From positions 53,754,001 to 53,818,000 of the forward strand of contig OZ024742.1 of assembly GCA_964016885.1 (NCBI GenBank): a DNA stretch of 64,000 nt, read 5' to 3'. A program made the position numbers and the translations under genes. This DNA comes from Eledone cirrhosa (Eukaryota). Below are positions 43,200 through 60,599 of the stretch, piece by piece. Position 1 is the first letter of the stretch; every line of letters starts with the position of its first letter. The notes beneath the pieces are model-generated. The model was not told the DNA's origin. It was given only the letters and a program-made list of their open reading frames with translations, and did not search any database.

Positions 43200-43612
43200 C
43201 TACCTCTCCACCGAATGATTCTCGGCTTCAGTTTCCTAATTAGAATTATGGTCTAATGACTCCATTTTCACCATAAACGTGGTTTTGTCTTTTCGTGTAA
43301 TTTTCGCTCCACATAACGACGTATATCTTCGCTTTTTTCCCGGTCATTGTCAGGGAAAGTCTTCACGAACCAAAGTATCGTCTTCCTGTTTTCCTTCGGT
43401 TGCAACGTTTTTCGAAATATTTACTTCTGCGTTCACAGATTGATTTTTTTTAGTTTCAGAAGATCCTGTTAAGGGTGAAAGCAGCGATTCTTTGCTTAAA
43501 CTTTAATTTGTTATTTTAATAAATATTTGCTCTAGGGTTCTTATATATTTGATATATATGTATCCTTATCGAACCCTCTTTGAATTTTAGTCTTCACATT
43601 TACTATTATAAC
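43200..43612 (+). mobile_element. 3' end of PLE family B
   Basis: Homologous to 16000-16515 and inverse of 58052-58400. HHR-like motif at 43452-43502. Confidence 0.82.
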
Positions 43613-43623
43613 TATATATATAT

Positions 43624-43660
<37 letters not shown>

Positions 43661-44218
43661 AAATTTCGCTCTACATGGCTGAATACAATAAATGTAATCT
43701 GAGTTTTTCGAATATTAATAATAACATTAATAATAACGATTCCTTTGTAATTATGCAAACAAGCTTCATTTTTAAACCCATGTCAGTAGAATGAACTCTT
43801 CATTCTTGCTCTTGTGTTGGCATGTAAAAAGAACTGCAGACACTAATGTTTCTGGGTATCACCCTTCATCAGTACAGCTCACTGTTCCCCTGCTAACTGT
43901 CAGAGCTAATGAAAATATATGCTATTTACTAAAATATGCAGTGACTGATCGGCCTGATTTGCATATTAGCAGACTGGCTGATCAGTCAGATCTGCATATT
44001 AGCAGATCCACTGATCAGCCTAACTTACATATCAGCAGACTGGCCAGTCAGTTTCCTGTATACGAGCGATAAATTCCCGGCTTTGCCTCATTAAAAAAAA
44101 AAAAAATTTCCTTCTACATGGCTAAATTCAATAAATGTAATCTGAGTTTTCGAATATTAACAATAACATTCGATTCGTTTGCAATTATGCAAGCACGCCT
44201 CATTTCAAAAGCCATGTC
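43661..44218 (-). mobile_element. Non-coding HHR element: 443-bp monomer plus ~120-bp redundancy, with internal 33-bp repeats
   Basis: Direct repeat at 43661 and 44104. HHR 43834-43877: ctgta|CTGATGA|a gggt-gat-accc a|GAAA|cat-ta-gtg|TC|tgcag. Three 33-bp units, the first containing ATTTGCAT, at 43943-44045. Confidence 0.78.
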
Positions 44219-45287
44219 TTATATACATATACATATATGTGATTTTGCGGTATATTTACTTTAATACTTAAGTAGAATACTCATATTTGCCGATGCCACG
44301 CGGACACAAGCTCAGAAATTTGCATCGATTATCATAGATTTATCTGTAAAAAGCAAAACAAAAACAGTAATAAATATTTCTGAAAAAATATATGATTTAT
44401 CACATTGCCTATAATTTACCGGTTGGTTACAATCAATTAACCGAAACTTAACTAGACACTTCTGTGGTGAATGGTGATAGGTGGCAAAGAGTACCTGCTT
44501 GAGGGAATGAATTTATAGAAGAGGGGAACAAAAATTTCGTTCAATGTAGAGTGACACTAACTGCTTCTGAATTTTACAGTACTTATTATATGACAAGATA
44601 AAAGAAATATAATTGGATTATTACAAAAAATAATTTGTGGTTGCAGGTAATATACTTCTATGAAGATAATGAAAATGATTCTAGGACACTATTTTTATCA
44701 TCTCAGGCTATTTGTTTCTTTTTAACATTTACACGGCCAATTTTGAACGGAATTCAATGTTTTTCTAGTTTATGATTTGCGTTCGAAGATCTAATCACGC
44801 TTTAACTCTTTTCTTTTTCTTCTACTTATGTCGTAATCATTTTCTAGCACTGCACTTTATCTATAGACCTAGCCTGCCAGCATACAACATAATTATCTCG
44901 TAAGATTATTTCACGAGTGTGCATCCTGCATTAAATGTCAGCGAAGCAGTAGAATTGATAAAGAAGTATACAGCATGTGTTATGTCATTGGATAATGTGA
45001 CAACCTCCCACTTACCATTTCAATTTATATACACCTTTAATACTGAAAACAAAACGTGTATGAGAGTTCCTCAGTGTGTTCTTTTATTATCAAGATGTAG
45101 AGCTCGTTTATATACAGCTATTCTATTGAAAGCAAAACTTGTAAGGTTACTCGATGCTTTCGTTTATAAACCAGTATGTAGGGATCTGCTTTAGTAAATC
45201 GTCAATTCATTATTATTTTTGTTGATTATTTCCAATTCAGTCGTGTTCGAGAAGATTTCTAAACAAAAGTGACAGAGCTTGGATAAT

Positions 45288-45477
45288 TGTTTCTACTTTT
45301 GGCACAAGGCCAGCAATTACCAAATGCACTACTGGTACTTTATTTTATCGACCCCGTAAGGATGAAAGGCAAATTTAACCTCGGTGGGATTTGAACTCAG
45401 AATGGGAAGGGCTGTAACTCTATGCATCAAAGCATGGCGTCCGACCCTCTACCGATACTGCCAATCCACTGACAAAC
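45288..45477 (-). mobile_element. tRNA-derived SINE
   Basis: A-box tggcagtatcgg, B-box gagttcaaatccc, body gcctttcatccttacggggtcgataaaataaagtaccag. TSD cttggataat. Confidence 0.88.
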
Positions 45478-46811
45478 CTTGGATAATGCCGTCTTTGTTC
45501 AACATATATGTTATGATCCCCGAATAAAAAGACATCGAGTTTCTGGAGATAGTTCGATAACGATAGTTCGGGTACCTATCCAGCTTGAGGAGGTGACACT
45601 GCAAACGAGAAATCAATAAAAAATAAAATCAATTGTATACGGAAAAATCACGTCCCTCAGTCGAAGAACATGGCAGGGACTTCAAAGTTTCCACCTCTTT
45701 CACCCGAAATATCTAAGTAAAAACTTGGAATTCTCTGTAATCGCTTTCAAGTGAATATTTTAACGTGCAGATGCTCCCTCCTTGTATAATCCTGTGTGCA
45801 GTTCTAAATTCAATTTTGGGCACGGTTTATATTGTGTATCAAACAGGATATGGTAAATAACGGTTAACAGCCTCAAAACATTTATATAATTTAAAACACA
45901 ACCATTACAAATGCTTCTAAAAATCTGAGCTATGGTATTTGCTTCAATTAAATTAATCCACTTTGGAAAAGAGAATGCACTGAAGTTACAATATTCTTTG
46001 CCTCACATGAACACTCGTGGCATTCAACAAAGCTTTTAGAATAATTGTTGATAAAAACTTAAGCAAGACTACTCTCATAAACAATTAAAGACCTGCAGGA
46101 TGTGTTCCTGGATTCTTAGAACTTTCTGATCAAGAGATATGTTCATCATCACCCTTCTCTTCTCTACCTTTGCCCGGTCCCACCATGAATACTGATGTCC
46201 ACTGTGGTAATCTTTCACGAAAGAAAGTATTAGGAAAATTGTATCACGCCAGAGATCAATTACAAAAATGATATATGTCATAACGGACCTTAACAATTAG
46301 GGTTGACTAGAAAACTTCAATCTCTACTTTCTCCAACGCGGGTGGGTCCTACATAATCTGTATGGTCTGGAAAATATTCCATCAACATTGCCCATATTTT
46401 GTTGGTATAAACTTCAAAACCCACCCAAGGCTTGGTCCTCGTGCTATCTGCCAACTACAATAATTGAATATGTATCTTACAATAACCCTGTGACACGACT
46501 AATTCAGCTCAACTGGTGGCAATCTCTTTAATATCACACCAAAATACACCAAGACAGAAACAGATACCATAAAATTCGAAATGACCCTGGACAAATTACA
46601 CCAAGAAATTCCGGATACACTCCCTACACCCGGATTTGTGTCAGAAAAAATAAATCTTTACTTGGGTGGGCCATGGTGAACAATGACTGAGGTGTGAATC
46701 ATGATCTGAAAGACATCACCAGGTAATTTTATTAAGTTAGACATGAACTGTCTGTGTAAATATATGCATAAGTACACTGAAAAAAAACAGCAAAAGATAC
46801 AGTAAAATAAT

Positions 46812-46994
46812 TGTTTCTACTTTTGGCACAAGGCCAGCAATTACCCAGTACATTACTAGTACTTTATTTTATCGACCCTGTAAGGATGAAAGGCAAAGTT
46901 GACCTCGGCGGGATTTGAACTCAGAATGGAAAGGGCCGTAACTCTATGCGTCAAAGCAAGACGTCCGACCCTCTACCGATACTGCCAATCCAAC
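46812..46994 (-). mobile_element. tRNA-derived SINE, same family
   Basis: Same boxes; 16-bp TSD gatacagtaaaataat. Confidence 0.88.
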
Positions 46995-47576
46995 GATACA
47001 GTAAAATAATGATATGCATTATTTTAACGCTTGGCATAATAGGAAAATAATCTTAAAGTTTCGGACGTTAGTTCATCATCAGAAGATAGAAGGAGAAATA
47101 AGAGAAATATAAAGATAGATGAGAGTGAAAAGAGGAAGAAACAGAAATGTTTTTGTTTTTTTTTAGAAAAAAGTAGGTTTTCATTCAGTTCGCCGTATTG
47201 GAATAAAAGTCACACACACACACACACACGCACGCACACAGACAGACACATACACGCACACACATATATATATATATACACATATACTCGGAGTAGTCTA
47301 CTTTGATATATATATATATTTCGTTTCTGAATTTGTTTAGCAAGATTCTTTATCTGAAAACGTGTGTTGAAACCGATATTGTTATACTTTGGGAGGGTCA
47401 TGTTGCCAATAAGAAACACACGCACCAGTTGCTTTCACTTAAATTTATTATAAATTAAATTTATAAATTTAGGAATTTATAAATTTCCGGTTGGTTGGTT
47501 GGTTCCACAACCAGATGATTGTTCATATATTGTCAAAGTTCTTTCGTCACACATTCTGTGACCTCTTCACAAGCGT

Positions 47577-48692
47577 GGTAATAAATAGCCGAACTTTTAA
47601 AGGGGTAATTCATTGTATGGGAAGATTGTAGTTGTCAAAAGGATTGGTAAAAATTTCTTGTAAACACAATTAAATCTTTCATGGCAGTGAGTGGGGGTGG
47701 TTGTGGATGAAATTGCCTGTAGAACAATGAGGGAGTGGGGCAGGGGGAGCCGGTCAAGCGTTGAAAGTGAATTCTATACAACAAATTCTAAGGAGTTTGT
47801 ATGAAATTAGGCTAGTTAGGAAGCAGGCGAAGAAGGATACTGAGAGTGGGACGTTATATAAATGGTTAATAAATTGAGATTAAAAGATAATAAATAAAAT
47901 AAATAAAAATAATAAAATTAAATAGTAAAAATAATAAAAATTCTCTCGAGTCTAAAGCAGTTGCTATATTTTTAGCTGGTATTGCGTTTTCGGGCAATAC
48001 TATATATAATTTACTGGGGTGAGAGTACTGAGGCAACAGAAGCCTGATGGGCTGCCTTGGGGTAGGGGAAAGATGGAAAAAAGAAAAGGAAGAGGAGAGA
48101 GAGTGGAAGGAAGTGATAAGAAGAGATAAAGGGAAGAAGAAATGAAAAAGGAAAGGAAAGAAGTACATCTACCTATGTATCCTGGGGTTTCCCCTATCTT
48201 GTTCGGCAAGTGCGGAAAAGAAGGATGTTACAGCCATTGTCTACCCACCAGGGTCATGAGGGTTTTGAGGGTGAGGTAAGTCCTACGCAATCGGTGTTTA
48301 CATGCAGTTACAAGTTCGTCTTTTCTGTTTAGGAGTTGGTCCTTCATAAACAGATCTACGGTGCCCCTCAACAACAGATGCCGAGAACTCAACGTGATCT
48401 ACCAATGCAACGTGAGGATGGAAACCTCCAACAAAGCCTATATAGGATTAACCGCTTGCGACTTCAAGACCCGCCTCTACCAACACCGACATACGTTCCG
48501 AAACTCGGCCCGGTGACATGCCACTACATTTTCGGGCCACATCTGGGACCACCTTACTTGGAGCTTACTGTCTAGGGATAACTCCTACACGGGAGGACGC
48601 CGTCCGTGTAACTTATGCTAGGAGGAAACATTACAAATGCTGTTTACGAAGGACCATCTCCTAAACAAAAAAGACGAACTTGTAACTGCATG
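47577..48692. mobile_element. Third PLE family A locus: minus-strand 3' end (47577-48345) joined head-to-head to a plus-strand GIY-YIG fragment (48350-48692)
   Basis: Plus piece reads NVIYQCNVRMETSNKAYIGLTACDFKTRLYQHRHTFRN. Minus piece is collinear with 3925-5150, with deletions. Confidence 0.85.
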
Positions 48693-48702
48693 TATACATA
48701 TA

Positions 48703-49905
<1,203 letters not shown>

Positions 49906-49906
49906 T

Positions 49907-49959
<53 letters not shown>

Positions 49960-50245
49960 AACGCTAATCCGAAAACTAGAATATAAATTTCGCATTCAAG
50001 AGAAGTGTTAAAGGGTATTAATGACTATTAAAGTACATGATAGATCGGTATCTGCTAGAGATCAGCGCTCACAGCCATCAATCTTGATAAAGAAAAGAAA
50101 GTGTCAGTATAAGAATAATACAAATTTGAAAATACTATATGGAACATTACAGTGACTGCTTACGTCGTTGGGCTACTTACAGCCCGATTCAACAAAAAAT
50201 AAAAAAAATTAGAAAACACACACGCACACACACACACGCACACAC

Positions 50246-50346
<101 letters not shown>

Positions 50347-50364
50347 TATATATACATACATACA

Positions 50365-50426
<62 letters not shown>

Positions 50427-50429
<3 letters not shown>

Positions 50430-50616
50430 GCGGTGAATTGGCAGTATTGGTAGAGAGTTGGACGCCATGCTTTCTAGCATAGTTACGTCCCTTTACGGTC
50501 TGAGTTCAAATCCGGCCGAGGTTAACTTTGTCTTTCATCCTTACGGAGTCGATAAAATAAAGTACCAGTAGTGTACTGGGTAATTGCTGGCCTTGTGCCA
50601 AAAGTAGAAACAATTA
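50427..50616 (+). mobile_element. tRNA-derived SINE, full length (other copies or fragments near 29150, 31285, 32575, 33250, 43075, 52740, 57570, 60550)
   Basis: A/B boxes, conserved body and gctggccttgtgccaaaagtagaaacaattatt tail. Confidence 0.85.
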
Positions 50617-50681
50617 TATATATATATATATATATAGATAGATACACATACATTATATATATATATATATATTATAATTAT

Positions 50682-50712
<31 letters not shown>

Positions 50713-50991
50713 ATGGCATAGGCATTACAATAGAATGGTAGGAAACATAATAGTACCACTGATGTGACGAAAGAACTTTGATAGACTATATATATATATT
50801 TATATCTGTATTTTTAACCGTTGGTCAATCAATGATAAACTTAGATTGCCAGATAAATTAAGTATGGAGATATAAAAGATACAGACGCGAAAACCAACCC
50901 AAACCAAACAATGATTGTATTTATTATTGTTTCTGGCAATATTGTAGCAATATGACTCTCCACAAATACAACAACAACAACAACAACAACA

Positions 50992-51025
<34 letters not shown>

Positions 51026-51777
51026 ACACACAGACACACACACACGCACACACATATATATATATATATATATAAGGCAAATGAGTTTATGGACCGATAT
51101 GAACAACATTTAGTCCGACTTTGAGTATTTTCAACTCTTATCATATTCCAGCTATTTCAGTATCCGTTTAAACCAATATAACTTATTTCATGATTTGTAT
51201 TCTTTTTCAGTAGACGCTTACCTAATACTGTATACTGAGGTAACCAAGATGTAATTGTACGAGGCTCGGCTGAGAAATTCATAGGCTGAACATGATGGAA
51301 TGAGGTTAGAACTGTGAAATCTTACATGCAATAATTTCAACTTTTCTGATTAATAATTGCATTGTTTTTTTCCAGGATCTATGTTGAAAAATAAATCTCA
51401 TATACGATTTTCATTTCTACTTTGTGTCTTTAGAGCGGAAGGTAATATATATATATATACGTGTGTTTATGAGTGTGTGTGTGTGTATATGTGTGTGGGT
51501 ACGTCTGTCCGCATGTGTGCATGGTGTGGGCGTGTGTATGAATATGTGTGGGCAGAGTGTTTGTGTTTGTATATTGAGTACATTTGAAAACAAAAATGAG
51601 GGGAATTCTGTATGTAAGTAGAGAAATATGTAAATATATTTCTGTTTATCTTTGTGCAGGTGATGAAGAGTTCTTTGAAGAATTTGCCTTTTTTCTTATT
51701 CCATACGTTTGCATTGCATATATGTTATTTGAAGGAATACACAGAATGAATGTTATTGCTTCCACTTAATTGATAAT

Positions 51778-51887
<110 letters not shown>

Positions 51888-52859
51888 GGGAAGAAGACGC
51901 ACGAGGTGGTAGAAGGTCATGAAATCGCTCCCGTAAGTTTTTGATTTTTAACATATTTAAATCAATTGTGAAATAACAATTCTTAGTACAAATGTTGCAT
52001 AAACCACCGAATGAAGTCCCATCAAATTTCGGATCCATATTATATTGTTATATCGCTCAAATACTCAATTTTGTATTATATATTTTGTATTAAAAAAAAG
52101 AAAATGGTTATAAATGGAAGAAAACACCCTCTGTCTACACTATATAGAACAGCCAAATAACAGCAATTTCACCAACACCAGAAACTTGATACACCATCTA
52201 TCCCATCACACTAACTATAACAGCCAGATATCGGCAATTTCACCACCACCACCATCAATCCCAGCATCATAATAATAATTACTATTATTATTGTCTCAAA
52301 TTTTAACAAAATGTTTAATTCCAATTTTACGGGAATATGTCAACACAATATATATTAAACATACGAACACAAACTCATAGATACTACATATCACAAAACA
52401 CAGTAACCACAACGCCACCGCCGCCACCACCCCATCCATCATTGCTACCACTATCCCAGCGCCGCCGCCACCACTCCTTCATTGCTACCACCACTATTCC
52501 CCTGTTAACTTGAGAGAGAAAGGGGAAGGTGGCGGTATCACTAGACAAGGGAGAGGCTAGCAAAATATATAAATAGATTGACTTAGTGACCTGGCCACCG
52601 GCCAAACGTCAACATCAACAACTATGGGACTGCTGGCTCACCCCTTCCTCACCAACAATATAAAAAGCTCCGGCACCACCACCGACATAGCCAACAACAA
52701 TAACAGGCAACTACAGCAAAAAGTATATTATATTATTGTAATGCACTGGGTGATTGCTGGCCTTGTGCCTGGAGTGGAGACAACTATTAATAATTTCATT
52801 CTTAAGCCACGCAATGCTCACATTAAGGAACCACTCATGATAATAACAATTTAAAAAAA

Positions 52860-55800
52860 CAACAAAAAGAAAACCCCGTGACCAAGAAATACCGGGATGG
52901 CGGCCGGCGGGGAATAGCCGTGTCTCTAGGGGAGAACGACCCCTCTAGTCTTGGTTGACACTCGTTCTAGAAGTGGTAACACGAAATGATTACCCCTTGG
53001 CGGATAAGGATAAAACGCGACAAAATAAAGTAAATGTCTAATGATAAAATCTCATACCGGATCGGCCGTCACCCGGGTAAAAAAGGGCCGCGTCCCTCAG
53101 AGAGGAACCAGACTGGGGTCGAAAAATCAGCTAATGGTTCAAACCTTCCCATCACTTCGGAGCTGGAGACCTCCCATAACCGGAATACTCCTACTGTTGG
53201 CCCTCCATGCTCACCACCAAGAAATCCAAAGAAAAAGAGAGAAAAATGGTCAAGGGAGGATAATAAAGAAGTCCTTGAGGCTTTCTACACTGCCATGTAC
53301 TACCCATCAAATACATCGAATACAGAACAGACATATATCAACTGGAAAAAGAAACATCCCGAAAACAGAGGCGAGATTGACAGTAACAAACTAGCCAATA
53401 TACGAAGAAATATTGTAAGAAAAAAGTTACTAACTGATATAGAAATTGATCAGATCAAGCTATTAGCACAAAGTCAGCGAAGGGAAAATGAAACATGTGT
53501 CAGTGAAAACGAGGTAAACTGTAACACTTCGAATCCCAGGGTTGGGGCGGAATCACTGGCAACAGAACAAATTAAAGAAAGGATCGAAAAAGTGGAGGGA
53601 GTGCATGCTCAGGATGAAACTCCAAATGAAAATAATGAGATCGTAAATGATAAAGAAATGAATGAGAATGAACTTGCAAACTTGAAGGATGAAATTATGA
53701 TCGAATGGATGAAAATGAAAGAATCTGACATGGGGCAACGAGACACCCTCCCTAAGATCCAGAACTCCAAACAGAACCAAAAGATAATACACAAGACTAA
53801 CATAATTCTCAAAAACATTATCATCACAAACAAACTAAACATTACTGATTTAAATCATCTCTATTATGCATCGGCTAAACTCACCACTCACTTATGTGGA
53901 GTGAAGATGAAAAAACAAAGGAATTCCCACAAGAAATCTACTTGGCAAGAGAACATCAATCGCCAAATAAACCTTCTCCGATCTGACATAGAAATGTTAA
54001 CAAACTATAAAGTAGGTGAACATGTTAAACAAACTAAACTTAGAAAATTGAAAAAAAAGTACAGTATAAAATCAACATGTGACATAGACATGCTGATAGA
54101 AATAATCAAGCAAAAAGTGTCGGCCAAAGCTGCTCATATAAGGCGCTTTGAAAAACGATCTAGATTCTATAAGGACAATAATATGTTCAAAAACAACCAA
54201 AGAAACTTTTACAGAAAAATTGGTAAGTCAACAATAACTGCTAAATCAATACCACGCAAGGAGGAAGCGCAAGAATTCTGGGAAAAGATCTGGGCCGGAG
54301 AAAAAGTTCATAACATACATGCCCCATGGATAGACAGACAAATGAAAGATACAGCTCACCTTGAGGAACAAATATGGGAAAATATAACAGTTGAACAGTT
54401 GCGCTTGGCTCTAAGAAAAACCAGCAAATGGAAATCCCCAGGAAAAGACAAAATACAAAACTTTTGGATAAATGCCTTCACAGAGTCTCATGAGCTGTTA
54501 GCCCAACTTTACAATGAAATAGTTAAGGAGCCAGAAAAGATACCATCATGGCTAGTTAACGGCATTACATTCCTGCTTTCGAAGAATGATGAGACAAACA
54601 ATCCCAAAAATTACAGACCGATAACTTGCTTGACCACAATGTATAAAATTTTAACATCAGTCCTAACTGAATACACATATGACCACCTGATAACAAATGA
54701 CCTATTTCCCATTGAGCAGAAAGGGTGTAAACGAGGCTCATATGGCTGTAAGGATCAGCTTCTGGTTAACAAAATGATACTGGAAGATTGTCATAATAGA
54801 CACATAAATCTATCGATTGCTTGGATAGATTATAAAAAAGCATTCGATAGTTTGCCACACAGTTGGATTGAAAAATGTTTAGAGATTTTCAAAATATCCC
54901 CCGTTGTCAGGAGGTTTTTGTCATTCAGTATGAAGACATGGAAAACGACACTCCTTTTGAATAGTGAAACAAAATCACTGGAAGCTGGAGAAGTTAATAT
55001 TAATTGTGGAATTTTTCAGGGTGACTCTTTATCACCGCTTTTATTCTGCATCACACTTATACCATTAAGTAAAATGCTCAATGAAACAAAACATGGATAT
55101 AAAGTCTATGACAAAACCATTAATCACTTGTTCTACATGGATGACCTGAAACTATTTGCAAAAAATGATGAACAATTGCAAGGGCTATTATCCACTGTGG
55201 AGCAGTTCAGTGATGACATTAAAATGGAGTTTGGACTAGACAAATGCGCAAAAGCAACGTTTCACCAGAGGAAAGCTGCTGAAGAGTTCAGACATTAATC
55301 TTGATCGGGGGAACGTGATAAGAGAACTTGATCAAGAAAAAACTTACAAATATCTAGGTGTTTGTGAAGGAGAGGGAATCAAGCACTCGACAATGAGGGA
55401 AAGGATAAGGAAGGAATGTTACCGCAGAGTAAGAGCAATCTTAAGAACGGAATTGAATGCAAGGAATAGGATCGATGCCATAAACACGCTTGCCATACCA
55501 GTAGTAACCTACAGTTACAATGTCATCAACTGGTCAAGCACAGAGATCCGTAGGCTCGATACAAAAATTCGAAAATTCTTAACTATGCACAGAATGCATC
55601 ACCCTAAGGCAGATACAGATAGAATATATCTCCCTGAGAAAGAAGCAGGACGTGGGTTAATCCAGTTAGACATTCTGTTGAAAACTGCAACAATTGGATT
55701 ATCTACATATCTAAGGGAATCACATGATTGGATGATCAAACTCGTTTTGAAACACGAAAGCATCAAAAGATCATATTCCATTACAAAAGATGCACAAAGA

Positions 55801-56830
55801 TACAGTAATGGACTACAAATTTCAGAAGTCCCATTTACTGCTGAAATGGAAAACACAGAAAAAGCAAAGCAGGTAAAAGTAACTGCAAAGAAAGAACTGC
55901 TACAGAAACTGGCTAAGAAATGGCAAGAAAAGCCTCTGTATGGAAAATACCCAGAGCGAGCTAACAATCCTGATGTTGACAAAACTTTAACCCATCAGTG
56001 GTTGGCATCCTCTGGACTGAAATCGGAGACTGAAGGACTGATTATATCAGCACAAGATCAGTGTCTGCCAACAAAAAATTACCAAGCCAACATAATAAAA
56101 AATGGATGCAGCCCATTATGCCGTGTATGCAAAAAACAACCAGAGACCATTGACCATATAATTTCAATGTGCAGTCCTATAGCTCCAACCGAATACCTAA
56201 ACAGGCATGACAGAGCTGCACAATACATACATTGGATAATGTGTAAGCATTTTGACCTGCCCCATCAAAAGAATTGGTGGGAGCATCAACCACCTCCCAT
56301 ACTTGAAAAAGATCACATCTCAATCTTGTGGAACTTTAGCATCCAAACAAACCGAAAAATAGATGCAAATAGACCTGATATAATATTGAAGGACTTCAAA
56401 AAGAGGGTATGCCTGCTAATTGATATGTCTGTTCCAATAGACAAGAATGTATCTATAAAAACATTTGAAAAATTGAGCAAGTATAAGGACCTGGAGATAG
56501 AAATTGGAAAAATGTGGAAATTGAGAACTAAAACAATACCAGTGGTTGTAGGCGCTCTGGGAATCATACCTAAGGGGTCTAATGATTACTTATCGCAAAT
56601 CCCAGGAAACCCGCGTATAGGAGAAATACAAAAGATAGTACTAATGGGAACTGCCCATATACTAAGGAAGATTCTGTCAATATAAGTACATCACAAGTCT
56701 AAACACTAAAGATGCATGCGTGAGTATGTATGTTCTTTCTTGAACATGGCGGACCTTGTTGTCTCTTGAGGTCACTGGTTGTGACTTGGTGATAACTCGT
56801 ATGAACATAAAGCAAGATAAATGCAACTGT
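52860..56830 (+). mobile_element. Near full-length R4/Dong-type non-LTR retrotransposon ending in (TAA)n
   Basis: Structured 5' UTR, single RT-REL ORF, 3' stem-loop aggtcac-tggtt-gtgactt and (AAT)n tail at 56831. Confidence 0.92.
53034..56685 (+). pseudogene. RT plus REL endonuclease ORF broken by one frameshift at about 55260
   Basis: WKSPGKD, NYRPITCL, WIDYKKAFDS, GIFQGDSLSP, HLFYMDDLK, YKYLG, CRVC..ETIDHIISMC, RHD, NRPDII..LIDMSVP, EKLSKY. Removing one T in acgtttcacc joins the two ORFs. Confidence 0.93.
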
Positions 56831-57086
56831 AATAATAATAATAATAATATATAATAATAATAATAATAATAAAAGGACGATTTGTTATGCTTTCATTACG
56901 TTTATTGAGTAGTGACGCGCGTTTCATTATTGATCAGCTCAATGTTCGATCTGTATCGATCTGGCCAGACTCTGGAATCAAACGCTCATCGGACATCTTT
57001 TGTGGTAATGACAGAACCTACTGTAACTGCACGTTACACTGCACGTTACACTGCCTATACACACACACACAGACACACACACACGC

Positions 57087-57177
<91 letters not shown>

Positions 57178-57189
57178 TATATATATATA

Positions 57190-57905
57190 TATATTCTTTA
57201 GGTCGTTTTGGAAGCCTCAACAATGCAGATGGGTAATTCTCCGGGTAGCAAGATCCGGTGGTGAAGAGAGAGATGTAAGTGAATGTAAAATGAGATGCAT
57301 AGTGTGTAGAAAAACGTAGGAAAGAGCGTAAAAAATAAAAATAATAACACGTGATAGAGTTACCTTGGGAGAGATATAATTATCCATATATTTCGGATTC
57401 ACATTCATCAACCGGGCTGTTTTCCGGGGGGGGGGGGGTATCTGAAGATAGGAGCGATACGTGTCCTCCGATGTTCGTTGTTTTGAATATCTGAGGTATT
57501 CAGCAGAGCGCGCGCGCGTGAAATGGGTCGGTCAAGCCGAGGTAACTCTATCTCGTGTTATTTTTATTGGATTGGCAGTATCGGTTGAGGGACGGACGCC
57601 ATGCTTTCCAGCATAGTTACGTCCCTTTACGATCTGAGTTCAGATCCCGCCGAGGTTGACTTTGCCTTTCATCCTTACGGGGTCGATAAAATAAAGTACC
57701 AGTAATGCACTGGGTAATTGCTGGCCTTGCGCCTAAAAGTAGAAACAGTTATATTTTTTTTTACGCTCTTTCCTACTTTCTTCTACACACTATACATCTC
57801 ATTCTACATTCACTTACATCTCTCTCTTTACCAATGGATCTTGTTACCCGGAGAATTACCCATCTGCATAGTTGAGGCTTCCAAAACGACCTAAAGAAAA
57901 TATAT
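57190..57905. mobile_element. Fold-back element (~180-bp arms) with a SINE (57570-57750) inserted in the right arm
   Basis: 57190-57368 is the inverse of 57537-57569 plus 57751-57905. Degenerate HHR-like TTGATGA..GAAA..ATC on the minus strand at 57370-57415. Confidence 0.75.
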
Positions 57906-57941
57906 CCTATTATTCCACAATGCTTCAAGCAAACTTCAATA

Positions 57942-60490
<2,549 letters not shown>

Positions 60491-60599
60491 AACATTAGCG
60501 AAATTGATATATTAAAATAACATTAAAGTTTACTATATATATATATATAATAATTGTTTCTACTTTAGGCACAAGGCCAGCAATATAATATATTATATA

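Noticed and set aside
46050-46720. Possible very old PLE RT remnant
   Set aside because: Only vague motif resemblance; no continuous frame or catalytic motif.
47051-47575. Further HHR-like cores (47051-47086 and 47530-47575; also near 31654 and 38480)
   Set aside because: Too degenerate in core or stems to call individually; probably decayed PLE ends.
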